Positions 1-10,531 of a DNA stretch of 64,000 bases are shown here, in pieces; position 1 is the first letter of the stretch, and each line of letters begins with the position of its first letter. Origin of the DNA: Histomonas meleagridis 2922-C6/04-290x (lineage: Eukaryota; Protista; Parabasalia); NCBI GenBank assembly GCA_020184695.1, contig JAANOX010000108.1, positions 23,180 to 87,179 of the forward strand, written 5' to 3'. The notes under the pieces were generated by a model that saw nothing but the letters and a program-made list of their open reading frames with translations, did not search any database and was not told where the DNA came from. The position numbers were made by a program, and so were the translations under genes.

Positions 1-2983
1 ACCATTTATTAGATCATTAATAAAATTAGAACAATATGAAGATGTAATGAAACATTATGACTTCTTCCAAAAAGTTGATATATCAGAGAAGAAAAGAACA
101 TCCGAATATTTTGCAGAAGCAGCTTTAAAGCTTCAACGATGGGAAGATTTAAATAATATATTAAATTATTCGCCAAATAATAATATTAAATGTAATATCT
201 TTTTATTGTTAAATTTATTACATAATAAAAAATTCGATCAAATTGATAATATAATTGAGAAAAGTTATCGATTATTATCGAATTTACCAATAAAATTTTT
301 AGCGGAAGAACAAAAAATACAAAAAGAAATTATATATTATTCACAACAATTATTCGAAATATCAGAAATGAAAAAATGGTTCGAAACTAATGATGAAAAT
401 CTTAAAAAGAAAATTCAAGAAAATTGGGAAAAACGAATTAAAACAGCGCCTCGTGATTATGACTTTTGGAATCGAATTATTACAAATCGTGTTCATGTAA
501 CTAAAATATATGATGAATCATTAATAAAATTATTCCAATTAACAAATAATAATAAATCATATTTAAACTCATTTCGAATATTATTTCCTAATTTCGATAT
601 GACAAAATCAAATTATATTGAACGAATTTGTTATATTTTAGTCGAACATAATTTAGGAAGTTATAAAAAGGCATTAAATGATTTAGAAAATATATTAAAT
701 GTAATACCTAATTGTTCTTTAAAGAAACAATGCGTTTCATTATATGTCGATTGGGAAATCGAATTAAATGATTCGAAAGAATCTTATCAACATCTTTATA
801 ACTCATTAAATTCATTATTCGAATCAAGTTTCAAGAAAACTTCTTTTTGGAAATCGAAAACATTAAATAATTGTTCTGATATTAATAATAATAGTGTACA
901 ATTTAAAGGGAATTATTTCAAGAAAATTAAACCTTATTCATCATTAACATTTGTCTTTCCTAAAAACATCTTAAAAAATCTATATGATGAAAATGATGAA
1001 GAACTTTTACGTAAATGGTCATTAATTAATATCGAAATGATGAATCATGACCTAAAGAACTCCAAAGTTTATGTTTTTAAAGCATTTCAAGCTTTATTAA
1101 AATGTTGTATCATATCACATTCATTTCCAGATATGGTACAATTATTAAATTTATTTTTTGAACATACGAAAGAAATTTTAGAATTTAATCAAAGATCAGA
1201 AGAACTTTTTGATAATTTCACTCCGACTATGTTATTAAATGTATCACCGCAATTATTAATACAATTATCACATCCAATAACTAAAATCTCGAATTTAATA
1301 CATCAAATTATATTAAAACTTTTACCTGAACATTATCATTCTTTAATATTCTCATTAATAGTAATCCAAAACTCACAAAATAAAGAACGTGCTAAAGCAT
1401 CACAAGACATATTATTAAAATTCCATCGAATTTGTCCTGAGCAACATAAAGAAGTAATGTTAATTAAGCGCTCATTAATATATGCAGCTAATACATGGTA
1501 TGAATTAACATTAAATCAAATCTATAATGCAAAAGATCAATATCAAAACAATGAATATAAAAACTTTCGAAACATTTTATTGAATTTATATCGTGAATAT
1601 CAAGAGCCTCATTGTCAATTACATTATCAATTTTTACAAGAATTTAATTTAGAAATCGAACAATTAAATGTTTTATTAAATGAAAAACAATCAACAAAAA
1701 TTAATGAATCATTATATAAATGGTGTGAAACAATGGAAGATTATGTGTCAAACATAACAAAGAATATACAATTAATACAACTTTCTTCAATATCTTCAAC
1801 GTTATGTAATAAGTCTAGTTTCTATTTGGCAGTGTTCGGTACTTATAAACCTGGAAAACAAATTATTCGAATTAAATATTTCATTGGTCAAATCGGTATT
1901 TATATGTCGAAACAACAACCAAAAGAAATTATAGTACGTGGTGAAGATGGTAAATTTTATCAATATCTTCTTAAGGGTCATGAAGACTTACGATTAGATG
2001 AAAGAATTATGCAGTTCTTTAAGTTAATTAATTCATATATAAAACAAAATAATAATTTTAAGTCAAATATAATTTCAACGACGAACGTTATCCCGATTTC
2101 TTTGAGACACGGTTTGGTTCAATGGTTTACGGAAACGAATACTTTACAAAGCGTAATTGAACAATACCGAAAAATCATGAAAAGAAATCCACATGAAGAA
2201 ATAGACTTAATGTTAAAATATTCGATTGATAGATATGACGGACTTTTACCAATACAAAAGATGCAAATAATGGAAAGAATTTTTAATGAAATTCCAAATG
2301 ATGATTTAAGTAATTTCTTTTGGATTAAAGCATCTACTACAGATATTTGGTGGAAACGCACAGAAACTTTTATTATTTCTTGTGCAATGACTTCTATTGT
2401 TGGATATGTTATAGGTTTAGGTGATCGACATCCTTCGAATTTATTAATAGATGAACTATTTGGGAGAATAATTCACATCGATTTCGGTGATTGTTTTGAA
2501 AGAGCTGCAAAAAGAGATAGGCTTCCTGAGGTTGTTCCTTTTAGGTTAACGAGAATGATGGTAAAGGCTATGGGTATTGCAGGGATTAATGGGCTTTATA
2601 AGTCGATATTTATAAATATGTCAAAAATTTTGAGAGAAAATAAAAATGTCCTTATGATGGTGTTGGCATTGTTTGTCCATGAACCATTAGCTGACCCTGA
2701 TGACGACTTCACTTACGAAAAGAAAATAATTAGAACAAGTACATCAATGAGTGTACTCTCTGCGGGATTCGATGAAAATAATGTTTTGAGTTCTGATTTC
2801 GTAAATAGAAAATATATTTCGAATACGGAATTAAGAAAAATTGTAAAAAGTAAATTAAATGGAACAGAGTTCGGTACGAAAAATCCTTTGTCTGTGGAAC
2901 AACAGGCAGAAAGATTAATAGAAATGGCAACAAGTACTTATAACTTGGCAAAAATGTACCACGGATGGTGTCCGTATTGGTAA
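1..2983 (+). CDS. TOR: TOR-type PIKK kinase, 5'-truncated by window edge (FAT C-part, FRB-like, PI3K/PI4K catalytic, FATC)
   Basis: ORF 47..2983; the frame is open back to base 2. Motifs YLLKGHEDLRLDERIMQ, GLGDRHPSNLL, IHIDFGDCFE, PEVVPFRLT and terminal FATC LAKMYHGWCPYW. Confidence 0.93.
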   Translation, partial: PFIRSLIKLEQYEDVMKHYDFFQKVDISEKKRTSEYFAEAALKLQRWEDLNNILNYSPNNNIKCNIFLLLNLLHNKKFDQIDNIIEKSYRLLSNLPIKFLAEEQKIQKEIIYYSQQLFEISEMKKWFETNDENLKKKIQENWEKRIKTAPRDYDFWNRIITNRVHVTKIYDESLIKLFQLTNNNKSYLNSFRILFPNFDMTKSNYIERICYILVEHNLGSYKKALNDLENILNVIPNCSLKKQCVSLYVDWEIELNDSKESYQHLYNSLNSLFESSFKKTSFWKSKTLNNCSDINNNSVQFKGNYFKKIKPYSSLTFVFPKNILKNLYDENDEELLRKWSLINIEMMNHDLKNSKVYVFKAFQALLKCCIISHSFPDMVQLLNLFFEHTKEILEFNQRSEELFDNFTPTMLLNVSPQLLIQLSHPITKISNLIHQIILKLLPEHYHSLIFSLIVIQNSQNKERAKASQDILLKFHRICPEQHKEVMLIKRSLIYAANTWYELTLNQIYNAKDQYQNNEYKNFRNILLNLYREYQEPHCQLHYQFLQEFNLEIEQLNVLLNEKQSTKINESLYKWCETMEDYVSNITKNIQLIQLSSISSTLCNKSSFYLAVFGTYKPGKQIIRIKYFIGQIGIYMSKQQPKEIIVRGEDGKFYQYLLKGHEDLRLDERIMQFFKLINSYIKQNNNFKSNIISTTNVIPISLRHGLVQWFTETNTLQSVIEQYRKIMKRNPHEEIDLMLKYSIDRYDGLLPIQKMQIMERIFNEIPNDDLSNFFWIKASTTDIWWKRTETFIISCAMTSIVGYVIGLGDRHPSNLLIDELFGRIIHIDFGDCFERAAKRDRLPEVVPFRLTRMMVKAMGIAGINGLYKSIFINMSKILRENKNVLMMVLALFVHEPLADPDDDFTYEKKIIRTSTSMSVLSAGFDENNVLSSDFVNRKYISNTELRKIVKSKLNGTEFGTKNPLSVEQQAERLIEMATSTYNLAKMYHGWCPYW

Positions 2984-3358
2984 TTGTAAATAAAAATGTA
3001 TAAATATGCAAACGTCAACATGAATATTTAAAATTATTATGTGATAAAAATTCCACTTGAATACATCCTTAAAATTTGAAAAACAATTCTGGCTCTATAT
3101 TTTTACATTCACAGAAACAATTGCATTCACTAAATCAAATACATTTACTAGTTCTAATACTTATAGTGTTTCATTTATATTAAATGAGAACTTGACACTA
3201 GCTATAACATTAATTTTTTCTTTTGAAGTTGCTTAATATATTTATATTTAAAGTTCAGAATCATCAAATGTTGAACTTAATCATAGTATACCAATTGGGA
3301 TGATGAATACAAGAATTGAAAAAGATCCGTACACATGTGAAAATCCATTCGTATTAAT

Positions 3359-3378
3359 ACCGTGTTGGCCAACACGGT
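3359..3378. repeat. Perfect 20-bp loopless palindrome ACCGTGTTGGCCAACACGGT
   Basis: Sequence equals its own reverse complement; GC-rich within an AT-rich intergenic region. Confidence 0.9.
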
Positions 3379-3688
3379 GCATATGGTTATTTACAAGAAA
3401 GGTGGAACATGAGTTTGAAAATCTCTCTGTAGATTTGTTTCTTAATACACACAATTTCCAGAAGATAGGGATGACAAAACAAGGTTTTTGATAAATCAAT
3501 TATTTTATCATTTTATTTTTAATTTTAAATATAAAAGTTTTTAAATTGTTGTTAATAACTCACTTCGAATCCTGCTCCGAATTTATCATCAATCATGCAA
3601 TGCATTTAATATTTTCTATGAGATCTTGCAACACCAAATTTTGATTAGAATTAACGTACCCATTCACCTCATCTGCGATTTTGTCATT

Positions 3689-4833
3689 ATGGGTGGAAGT
3701 GAAAGCCATACAAAAATAATTTGCGAAGAAAACATACAAATGTTACAAGATTTAGAAGAAATTATTTTTGATTTAGATGAGAAAAATATTGATCGATTGG
3801 TTGAATCTTCATTAAATTATTTTTCAGTAGAATTTCCATATTCTTTCTATCATATCATTTGCAGAATTGTTTATTCATATTTTGTTTCAACAAGCTATGA
3901 AGAATTATGTTTTAAGTATTTAAAATCTATTGAAAAAAAGTCAAGTTATAATATCATCAATATTTTTACTCAGTTTTTATTAAAAATTAATAGTCAAGAA
4001 TCAAATTATCTACTCGAAAAAATGATTGAAGATGAATTAATTGATCCAAATATTATTCAACATGAAAACAATCCATATTTTATACATAATTTTACAGAAA
4101 ATATTTTACAGCGATCTAAAAGACTTATATATCAAATTGAAGAAAAATTTCAAAAAAATGGTTTTGAACTTCACAAAAAGTACGTCAAAGAAGGACATAA
4201 TCCAAATGAAATTGCAAGAATAATTCGAAATGATGAAATAGAAAAACTTCAAGAGATATCATCACAAACAAATTTTGATTTTAACCAAACAATTAAGCCA
4301 TCACTTTATGAAAAGTGTTCATTCATTAATAAAGAAGATGTTACATTAATTGCTTATGCAGCATTTTTTTCAGCAGAAAAATGTTTTAAATATTTACTTA
4401 TAAATGGCTCTGATATAGAAAACACAGGAAAATATGCTGTTGCGAGTGGAAATGAAGAAATTATTCACTTATGTGAACAAAATCATTCATCTTTTCAAAA
4501 TGCATATGAAACAGCAATTGAATTTCATCGAAATGATATCTTTAAATATATTTATGAAAAGAAATTCGAAGAAATTTATAATTTAGAAGTATTAGGAAAA
4601 GAATGTATTTTACATGATAATTTTAATCTTTTTTCATTTTTAGTAAAAGAAGGAATGAAAATTAATAATACTTTTATCAATACCTCAATCATAACAGGAA
4701 ATATATTTATTTTTCAATGTTTCCCAAAAAAAATTCAATAAATTTTTTGGAAATTTCAGGTTTCTCTGGTAATAAAGAATTTTATAATTACCTTATTAAA
4801 CATAAATATATTAATTTAAAACAAAATGTTTGA
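3689..4833 (+). CDS. DUF3447-type ankyrin-associated protein, N-terminal part (probable ATG 3689, MGGSES; A-run frameshift near 4730)
   Basis: NFDFNQTIKPSLYE, TLIAYAAFFSAEKCFKYL, KYAVASGNEEIIHLCEQNH, AIEFHRND motifs shared with 3 paralogues in the window; Inr-like TCATT just before the ATG; the shifted frame continues KNSINFLEISGFSGNKEFYNYL. Confidence 0.8.
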
Positions 4834-4904
4834 AAATTTTATTGAAAATTTTACAAAATAATTTAATATTTTAAAACATAATTTAGCGTTTTTTAAAAAT
4901 ATTT

Positions 4905-6629
4905 GCATTATTCTTAAATGCATCTCAAAGAGGTTATTTAGAAATCGTTCAATTACTTCTTGAACAAGAAGGAATTGATATTAATGCTAAAAATATTTTT
5001 TTGTTTTATATAATATTTATTTTAATAATTTTGGATTTCAAAATAATATTTGGAAATTATTTAAATTATTTTGGACAGCACTTATTTGTGCATCTAGAGA
5101 AGGTCATACAGAAATAGTTAAATTACTTCTTGAACAAGAAGGAATTGATATTAATGCTGATGATATTTATTTGTTTTATTTGAAATTTATTTTAATAATT
5201 TTATATTTCAAAATAATATAAGGAAATTATTTAAATTATTTAGAACAGCACTTCTGATAGCATCTGAATATGGTCATACAGAAACAGTTAAATTTCTTCT
5301 TGAACAAGAAGGAATTGATATTAATGCTAAAAATATTTATTTGTTTTATTTAAAATTTATTTTAATAATTTGATATTTCAAAATAATATTTGGAAATTAT
5401 TTATAATATTTAATACAGCACTTATGTTTTCATCTTATAATGGTCATACAGAAATAGTCAGATTACTTCTTGAACAAAAAGGAATTGATATTAATGCTAA
5501 AAATATTTATTTATTTTATTTAAAACTTATTTTAATAATTTTTAATTTCAAAATAATATTTGGAAATTATTTAAATTATTTAAAACAGCACTTATGTTGG
5601 CATCTGCAAATGGTCATACAGAAATAGTTAAATTTCTTCTTGAACAAGAAGGAATTGATATTAATGCTAAAGATATTTATTTGTTTTATATAATATTTAA
5701 TTTGATAAATTAAAATTTCAATAATATATTTGGAAATTATATAAATTATTTAGAACAGCACTTATTGAAGCATCCTATGAATGTCATACAGAAATATTTA
5801 AATTACTTCTTGAACAAGAAGGAATTGATATTAATGCTAAAGGTATTTATTTGTTTTATTTAATATTTATTTTAATAATTTCATATTTCAAAATAATAAT
5901 TGGAAATTATTTAAATTATTTGATACAGCACTTATATCTGCATCTTCAAAAGGATATATAGAAACAGTTAAATTACTTCTTGAACAAGAAGGAATTGATA
6001 TTAATGCTAAAGGTATTTATTTTTTTTTATTTATTATCTGTTTTAATAATTTAATATTCCAAAATAATATTTGGAAATTGTTTAAATTATTTAATACAGC
6101 ACTTATTTGTGCATCTAGAGAAGGTCATACAGAAACAGTTAAATTACTTCTTGAACAAGAAGGAATTGATATTAATGCTAAAAATATTTATTTGTTATAT
6201 TTTATATTTATTTTAATAATTTTGGATTTCAAAATAATATTTGGAAATTATTTAAATTATTTTGGACAGCACTTATTTGTGCATCTAGAGTAGGTCATAC
6301 AGAAATAGTTAAATTACTTCTTGAACAAGAAGGAATTGATATTAATGCTGATGATATTTATTTGTTTTATTTTATATTTATTTTAATAATTTTGGATTTC
6401 AAAATAATATTTGGAAATTATTTAAATTATTTTATACAGCACTTATTTATGCATCTTGGAATGGTTATACAGAAATAGTTAAATTACTTCTTGAACAAGA
6501 AGGAATTGATATTAATGCTAAAGATATTTATTTGTTTTATTTTATATTTATTTTAATAATTTTTAATTTCAAAATAATATTTGGAAATTATTTAAATTAT
6601 TTTATACAGAACTTATGATGGCATCTTGA
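4905..6629 (+). repeat. Tandem 170-bp array: 102-nt ankyrin-repeat coding units separated by 68-nt AT-rich spacers (one 69 nt)
   Basis: GGAATTGATATT recurs at 4971, 5141, 5311, 5481, 5651, 5821, 5991, 6162, 6332, 6502. Coding units 5069-5170, 5239-5340, 5409-5510, 5579-5680, 5749-5850, 5919-6020, 6090-6191, 6260-6361 and 6430-6531 each translate as F-x-TALxxASxxGHTEIVKLLLEQEGIDINAK(D/N/G)IY. Confidence 0.95.
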
Positions 6630-6945
6630 CAAATTGTATTTCAACATCAATAATTAAAATGAAACATTTAAAAAAAATTTGGGTATTCAATATTATTTAG
6701 TATTAACATTAGTAAAATTAATTGAAATAGGTTTTATATATATATAAAATGATATTAATTTGAATTTACGTTATTTCATGGTTCGTTCTACATGAATAAT
6801 AAACATAAAATTTTAAATTTGTGCCTTATGTATTTTAATAATAATTCGGAATTCGGAATTACCTACGAAACCATAAATTTATTTACAAATAGATCTCTTT
6901 GACTTTGTGCATGGAATTCATTAAAAACAAAATAAAAAATTTATT

Positions 6946-7815
6946 TTATTCTAATTTCTTTGCAGGCATTTTTGGCTTAACTTTAGGGAGGAACGAAATG
7001 ATAGTGTCTGCAACGTTCTGGAATGCCTTTGCATATGCACTATTTGGATGTTCTACAATTGCCGGAACACCTTTATCTGATGATTTGGAGATTTCAGGAT
7101 CAATTGGAAGTGACCCTAAAATTGGAATATTGAACTCCAACGATAATTCTTCTGCGCCATTACCAGGGAAAATCTTCGATTGCGTCTTGCAATGTTCACA
7201 TATAAATCCATCAAAGTTTTGAATGATGCCTAAAATTGGAATATGCATTTGCTTGAATAGTGAAATGCTCTTCCTGACATCTGCAACAGAAATTTCTTGG
7301 GGTGTTGTAACCAATAAGGTTCCATCAATATGAAATGATTGAAGGAGAGTTAAGTGAACATCACCAGTTCCTGGCGGCGTATCAACAACAAGGTAATCTA
7401 GATCTGGCCAAGCTGCCTTTAAAAGAAATTCAGAAATGACCTTTCCAACAATAGGACCTTTCCAAAGCAATGCTGCTTCTTTATCAACTGCATTACCCAA
7501 AGAAACAGTATCTATCCCATTTGCTTTAACAGGTAAAAAGTTTGCATCTTTATCTGATGCAAGGAAATTGTCTTTGGTGTCTGCCATTGTAGGAATAGAT
7601 GGGCCATATATATCTCCATCAAACAAACCAACTTTAGCTCCTGTATGTGCAAGTGCTATAGCTGTGTTAAGTGCAACTGTAGATTTTCCAACGCCACCTT
7701 TACAACTTGAAGTGAGGATAACTCTCCCAACTCCTGGGATTACATTCTTTTTAAATATATTTTGGACTGTGCCCTGAGTTGCATTTGAAGAAAAGCGCCT
7801 GAAACTGCTCAGCAT
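6946..7815 (-). CDS. IND1: Mrp/NBP35-family Fe-S assembly ATPase (Ind1/NUBPL-like), probably hydrogenosomal
   Basis: Deviant Walker A GKGGVGKS, GLFDGDIYGPSIP, WPDLDYLVVDTPPGTGD, C-terminal CEHC; N-terminal MLSSFRRFSS presequence. Confidence 0.85.
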   Translation of the reverse strand: MLSSFRRFSSNATQGTVQNIFKKNVIPGVGRVILTSSCKGGVGKSTVALNTAIALAHTGAKVGLFDGDIYGPSIPTMADTKDNFLASDKDANFLPVKANGIDTVSLGNAVDKEAALLWKGPIVGKVISEFLLKAAWPDLDYLVVDTPPGTGDVHLTLLQSFHIDGTLLVTTPQEISVADVRKSISLFKQMHIPILGIIQNFDGFICEHCKTQSKIFPGNGAEELSLEFNIPILGSLPIDPEISKSSDKGVPAIVEHPNSAYAKAFQNVADTIISFLPKVKPKMPAKKLE

Positions 7816-8209
7816 TTGACACTTTTCGATTCTGTGTTATGTAAACTTCTAAATTTTCTAATCGGCATTCTAAACAGAAAAACCGCTGATGAACACCAAA
7901 TTTTTTTTCTCTCTTCTTTAAATTGGTTAATAAATATCTTGAAGCCAAGGCACTGAAGCAAGCCTAGAAAAGACAACATTTTTCGTCACAAAATTTGCAT
8001 CAAAAATCTATAATAAACTTAAAGTGATTTTTGTTGATCAAATGAAAATAATACTTAAATTTTATCCTCTTGTGCTTAATTATGGGATATATTCAAAATG
8101 TTAAATGCGTAACATACATTTCACATTGAAAATGGCTAAATACAAATGAAGAAAATGTAAACTCGTTTCTATCGTTGTAAACCGTCAGTAGGAATAACTT
8201 GCAGCAAAA

Positions 8210-10531
8210 ATGGAAATTTCAACAAATGAAACAATTGATTACCATAATCTTCAAGACAACCCATACCAATACCTACCCATATCAAGTGCTGTTGCAATTG
8301 TTGAAGACATCGTCGAGGAAGCCTTAAAAAAAAGTGAACAAAATTTAAATCTTCTAATTAACCAAAAAAACTGGCTAGCCACTGCGCTTCTTTATGCATT
8401 AACAATTAATGATCAAAAATACGAACAATTAATTTCAAAAGCACTTAAATTAATTGAATTAATTTTCACCGATAAATCAGAAGATTCATTGCAAATCTCT
8501 ATTTTTGCGTATACCTATGTGATCCAAAATCAAAGTTCATCACATATAGACATTGATAATTCAATTGGAAAATTAAAACAAATTTTGCCCAAAATTTCGA
8601 CACCTCATCCATTTATTTGCTATTTAAATTGCATGCTTGATGTTGCCAAAGGCAAAGGTAATTGTCATTTAGATTCCTTTAACACTCTTATTTATTCTTT
8701 ATTAAACATTCGTTTTAATCAACCTATTCCAGGCATTTCCAACACAATAAATCGGATATGGGATGTTAAATCTAATGGAGAGTACATTGATATCTTCAAT
8801 GGATTTCTTGAAGTTCTTTTCAAAGAATTTTGGGGAAATTCCAAATTAAATGAAAACACCCGAAAAATTTTTCTTTTATTTTTCAAGAAACTCCCAAAGA
8901 AAGAAGCGTTAAACAGAACAATTCAAACCACCTCATTTCTTGACAGCGAATTCTTAGCATATAAATTAGTTCCAACGGAAACAATTTTCCAATTATTTTG
9001 TGATACAATATTAAACGATGCTAAAGAACTTGACATGGAAAAAATGTTATTATTATTCCAGTCACCAAACATTCATAGTAAATGGTTTGGCTTAATTAAT
9101 CATTATCTCATTAATGTAATGAAAACAATTCCAAACGAAGAAAAAAGTGATTTTTTTCAACGGTTAAATACGTTATTTGTCAGACGACCGTTAGCGATGA
9201 AACCTGTTATTATTGAAATGTTTAATGAAATCAAAAAAATGAAAGCCATTGAACATATACATTTATTTTTTACAAATATTCAAATGGTCTTTCCCAAATT
9301 TTATGCGTCACAAAAGGAATCCTTTAGTCATAAGCTTAATATTCAACCCACATTTTCATTATTTGTTTCATCTGAGTTAAGTATCTTTTCGGACAACACT
9401 AAGTTCTTACAAATTTTATTGTTGTATTGTTTTACGATTGATTATAACATTGTTCTTCCATACATGACGAACACGAATATACAGCCTGATGTTATAATGT
9501 TTTTAATCCAAATTGCGAAAATCGGAAACTTAACAGAAAAAACTAAAAACAAAATCACTTCCAAAATAAAAGAAATGAAACAACCAAATGATTATGACTT
9601 TAATTTACTTATAAAAATCTTGTTGTTAACAATCGCTTCGAAAGAACATAACTTAATACAAAACGTTTCGGATTATTTCGATTTCGAAAACAGTAAAGAT
9701 GTTGTACACTTCGCTTTACCTTCTGCTATAATATCTTTCGCGAAGTCTAAACAAGGAAAGTTCCTACTTATCATTAACACTTGTATTGGGACTTCAATTT
9801 ATGAAATTAATGAATTCGAAAATATGGATAACCAATCACTTTGGGAAAAAACATTAAAATTCCTCGTGGGACTTGGATTCATATTACCGGATAATAGATA
9901 TGACCTAAAGGTGGTGCAACAAGAGCCGCTAAGTCTGAAGAAGTTCTTCACCAAAACAAAAACTCCAAAATTTTACGTTTCAACCGCTTTTATCGGCTCT
10001 GAATCGACGTCACTTTTTCCCGAAAACGATGCGAATCAATCGCAACCGTCAAATGCATTCAAAAAGTTTCTGTACAATTTGGGTGAAGTTGTTAAAGTTA
10101 ATAAGAATAACAACGTACCAAAGATTGTCTTCAGGATGAATTTTATCGATATCTATTATAAGTCATATTACTATTATGATGATGACTCAAAAAGGAAATT
10201 TATCAAAAATAATGATATGTTAATTATCTTTAATGATACAAAACAAAATATAAACTTCTCTAAGTTAAGAATAGATTCTGTACTCGTGTATATGGTGTCA
10301 CAATATACTGATGGATTTTATGTTATTTCACTCATCAAATCTCCACCCGAAATTTCTGCGCTAGAAGAAAAAGAAGAAATGATAGTGAAAGAGGAACATT
10401 TGAAATACGCATTGTTCTCTTTCATCTTCGCTTTCGCTAAGAAAAATGTTAGTTATTTGTTAAGGGGATTTAAGGAAAGGCAAAACGCTATCGATGACAT
10501 AAATACTTCGATTGGCGAACAAATATTTTGA
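8210..10531 (+). CDS. 773-aa protein with helical N-terminus and a C-terminal degenerate Rap/Ran-GAP-like (tuberin/RalGAP-type) domain
   Basis: Long intact ORF; PSNAFKKFLYNLG and KRKFIKNNDMLIIFND resemble the Rap-GAP motifs (FLxxLG; KRHIGNDxVxIVF). Confidence 0.55.
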   Translation: MEISTNETIDYHNLQDNPYQYLPISSAVAIVEDIVEEALKKSEQNLNLLINQKNWLATALLYALTINDQKYEQLISKALKLIELIFTDKSEDSLQISIFAYTYVIQNQSSSHIDIDNSIGKLKQILPKISTPHPFICYLNCMLDVAKGKGNCHLDSFNTLIYSLLNIRFNQPIPGISNTINRIWDVKSNGEYIDIFNGFLEVLFKEFWGNSKLNENTRKIFLLFFKKLPKKEALNRTIQTTSFLDSEFLAYKLVPTETIFQLFCDTILNDAKELDMEKMLLLFQSPNIHSKWFGLINHYLINVMKTIPNEEKSDFFQRLNTLFVRRPLAMKPVIIEMFNEIKKMKAIEHIHLFFTNIQMVFPKFYASQKESFSHKLNIQPTFSLFVSSELSIFSDNTKFLQILLLYCFTIDYNIVLPYMTNTNIQPDVIMFLIQIAKIGNLTEKTKNKITSKIKEMKQPNDYDFNLLIKILLLTIASKEHNLIQNVSDYFDFENSKDVVHFALPSAIISFAKSKQGKFLLIINTCIGTSIYEINEFENMDNQSLWEKTLKFLVGLGFILPDNRYDLKVVQQEPLSLKKFFTKTKTPKFYVSTAFIGSESTSLFPENDANQSQPSNAFKKFLYNLGEVVKVNKNNNVPKIVFRMNFIDIYYKSYYYYDDDSKRKFIKNNDMLIIFNDTKQNINFSKLRIDSVLVYMVSQYTDGFYVISLIKSPPEISALEEKEEMIVKEEHLKYALFSFIFAFAKKNVSYLLRGFKERQNAIDDINTSIGEQIF

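Noticed and set aside
5069-6531. Diversity-generating retroelement as source of hypervariability
   Set aside because: No reverse transcriptase or template repeat in the window, and substitutions are not adenine-specific.
5000-6600. Canonical GT-AG or AT-AC introns in the ankyrin spacers
   Set aside because: GT occurs at the 5' side in only a few units (AAAG|GTAT). Using the ACAG or AC within the Thr codon deletes the hairpin or breaks frame, and no ACTAAC branch point is present.
4905-6629. CRISPR-like repeat-spacer array
   Set aside because: The conserved part encodes ankyrin repeats, the spacers are similar to each other rather than unique, the context is eukaryotic and no cas genes are present.
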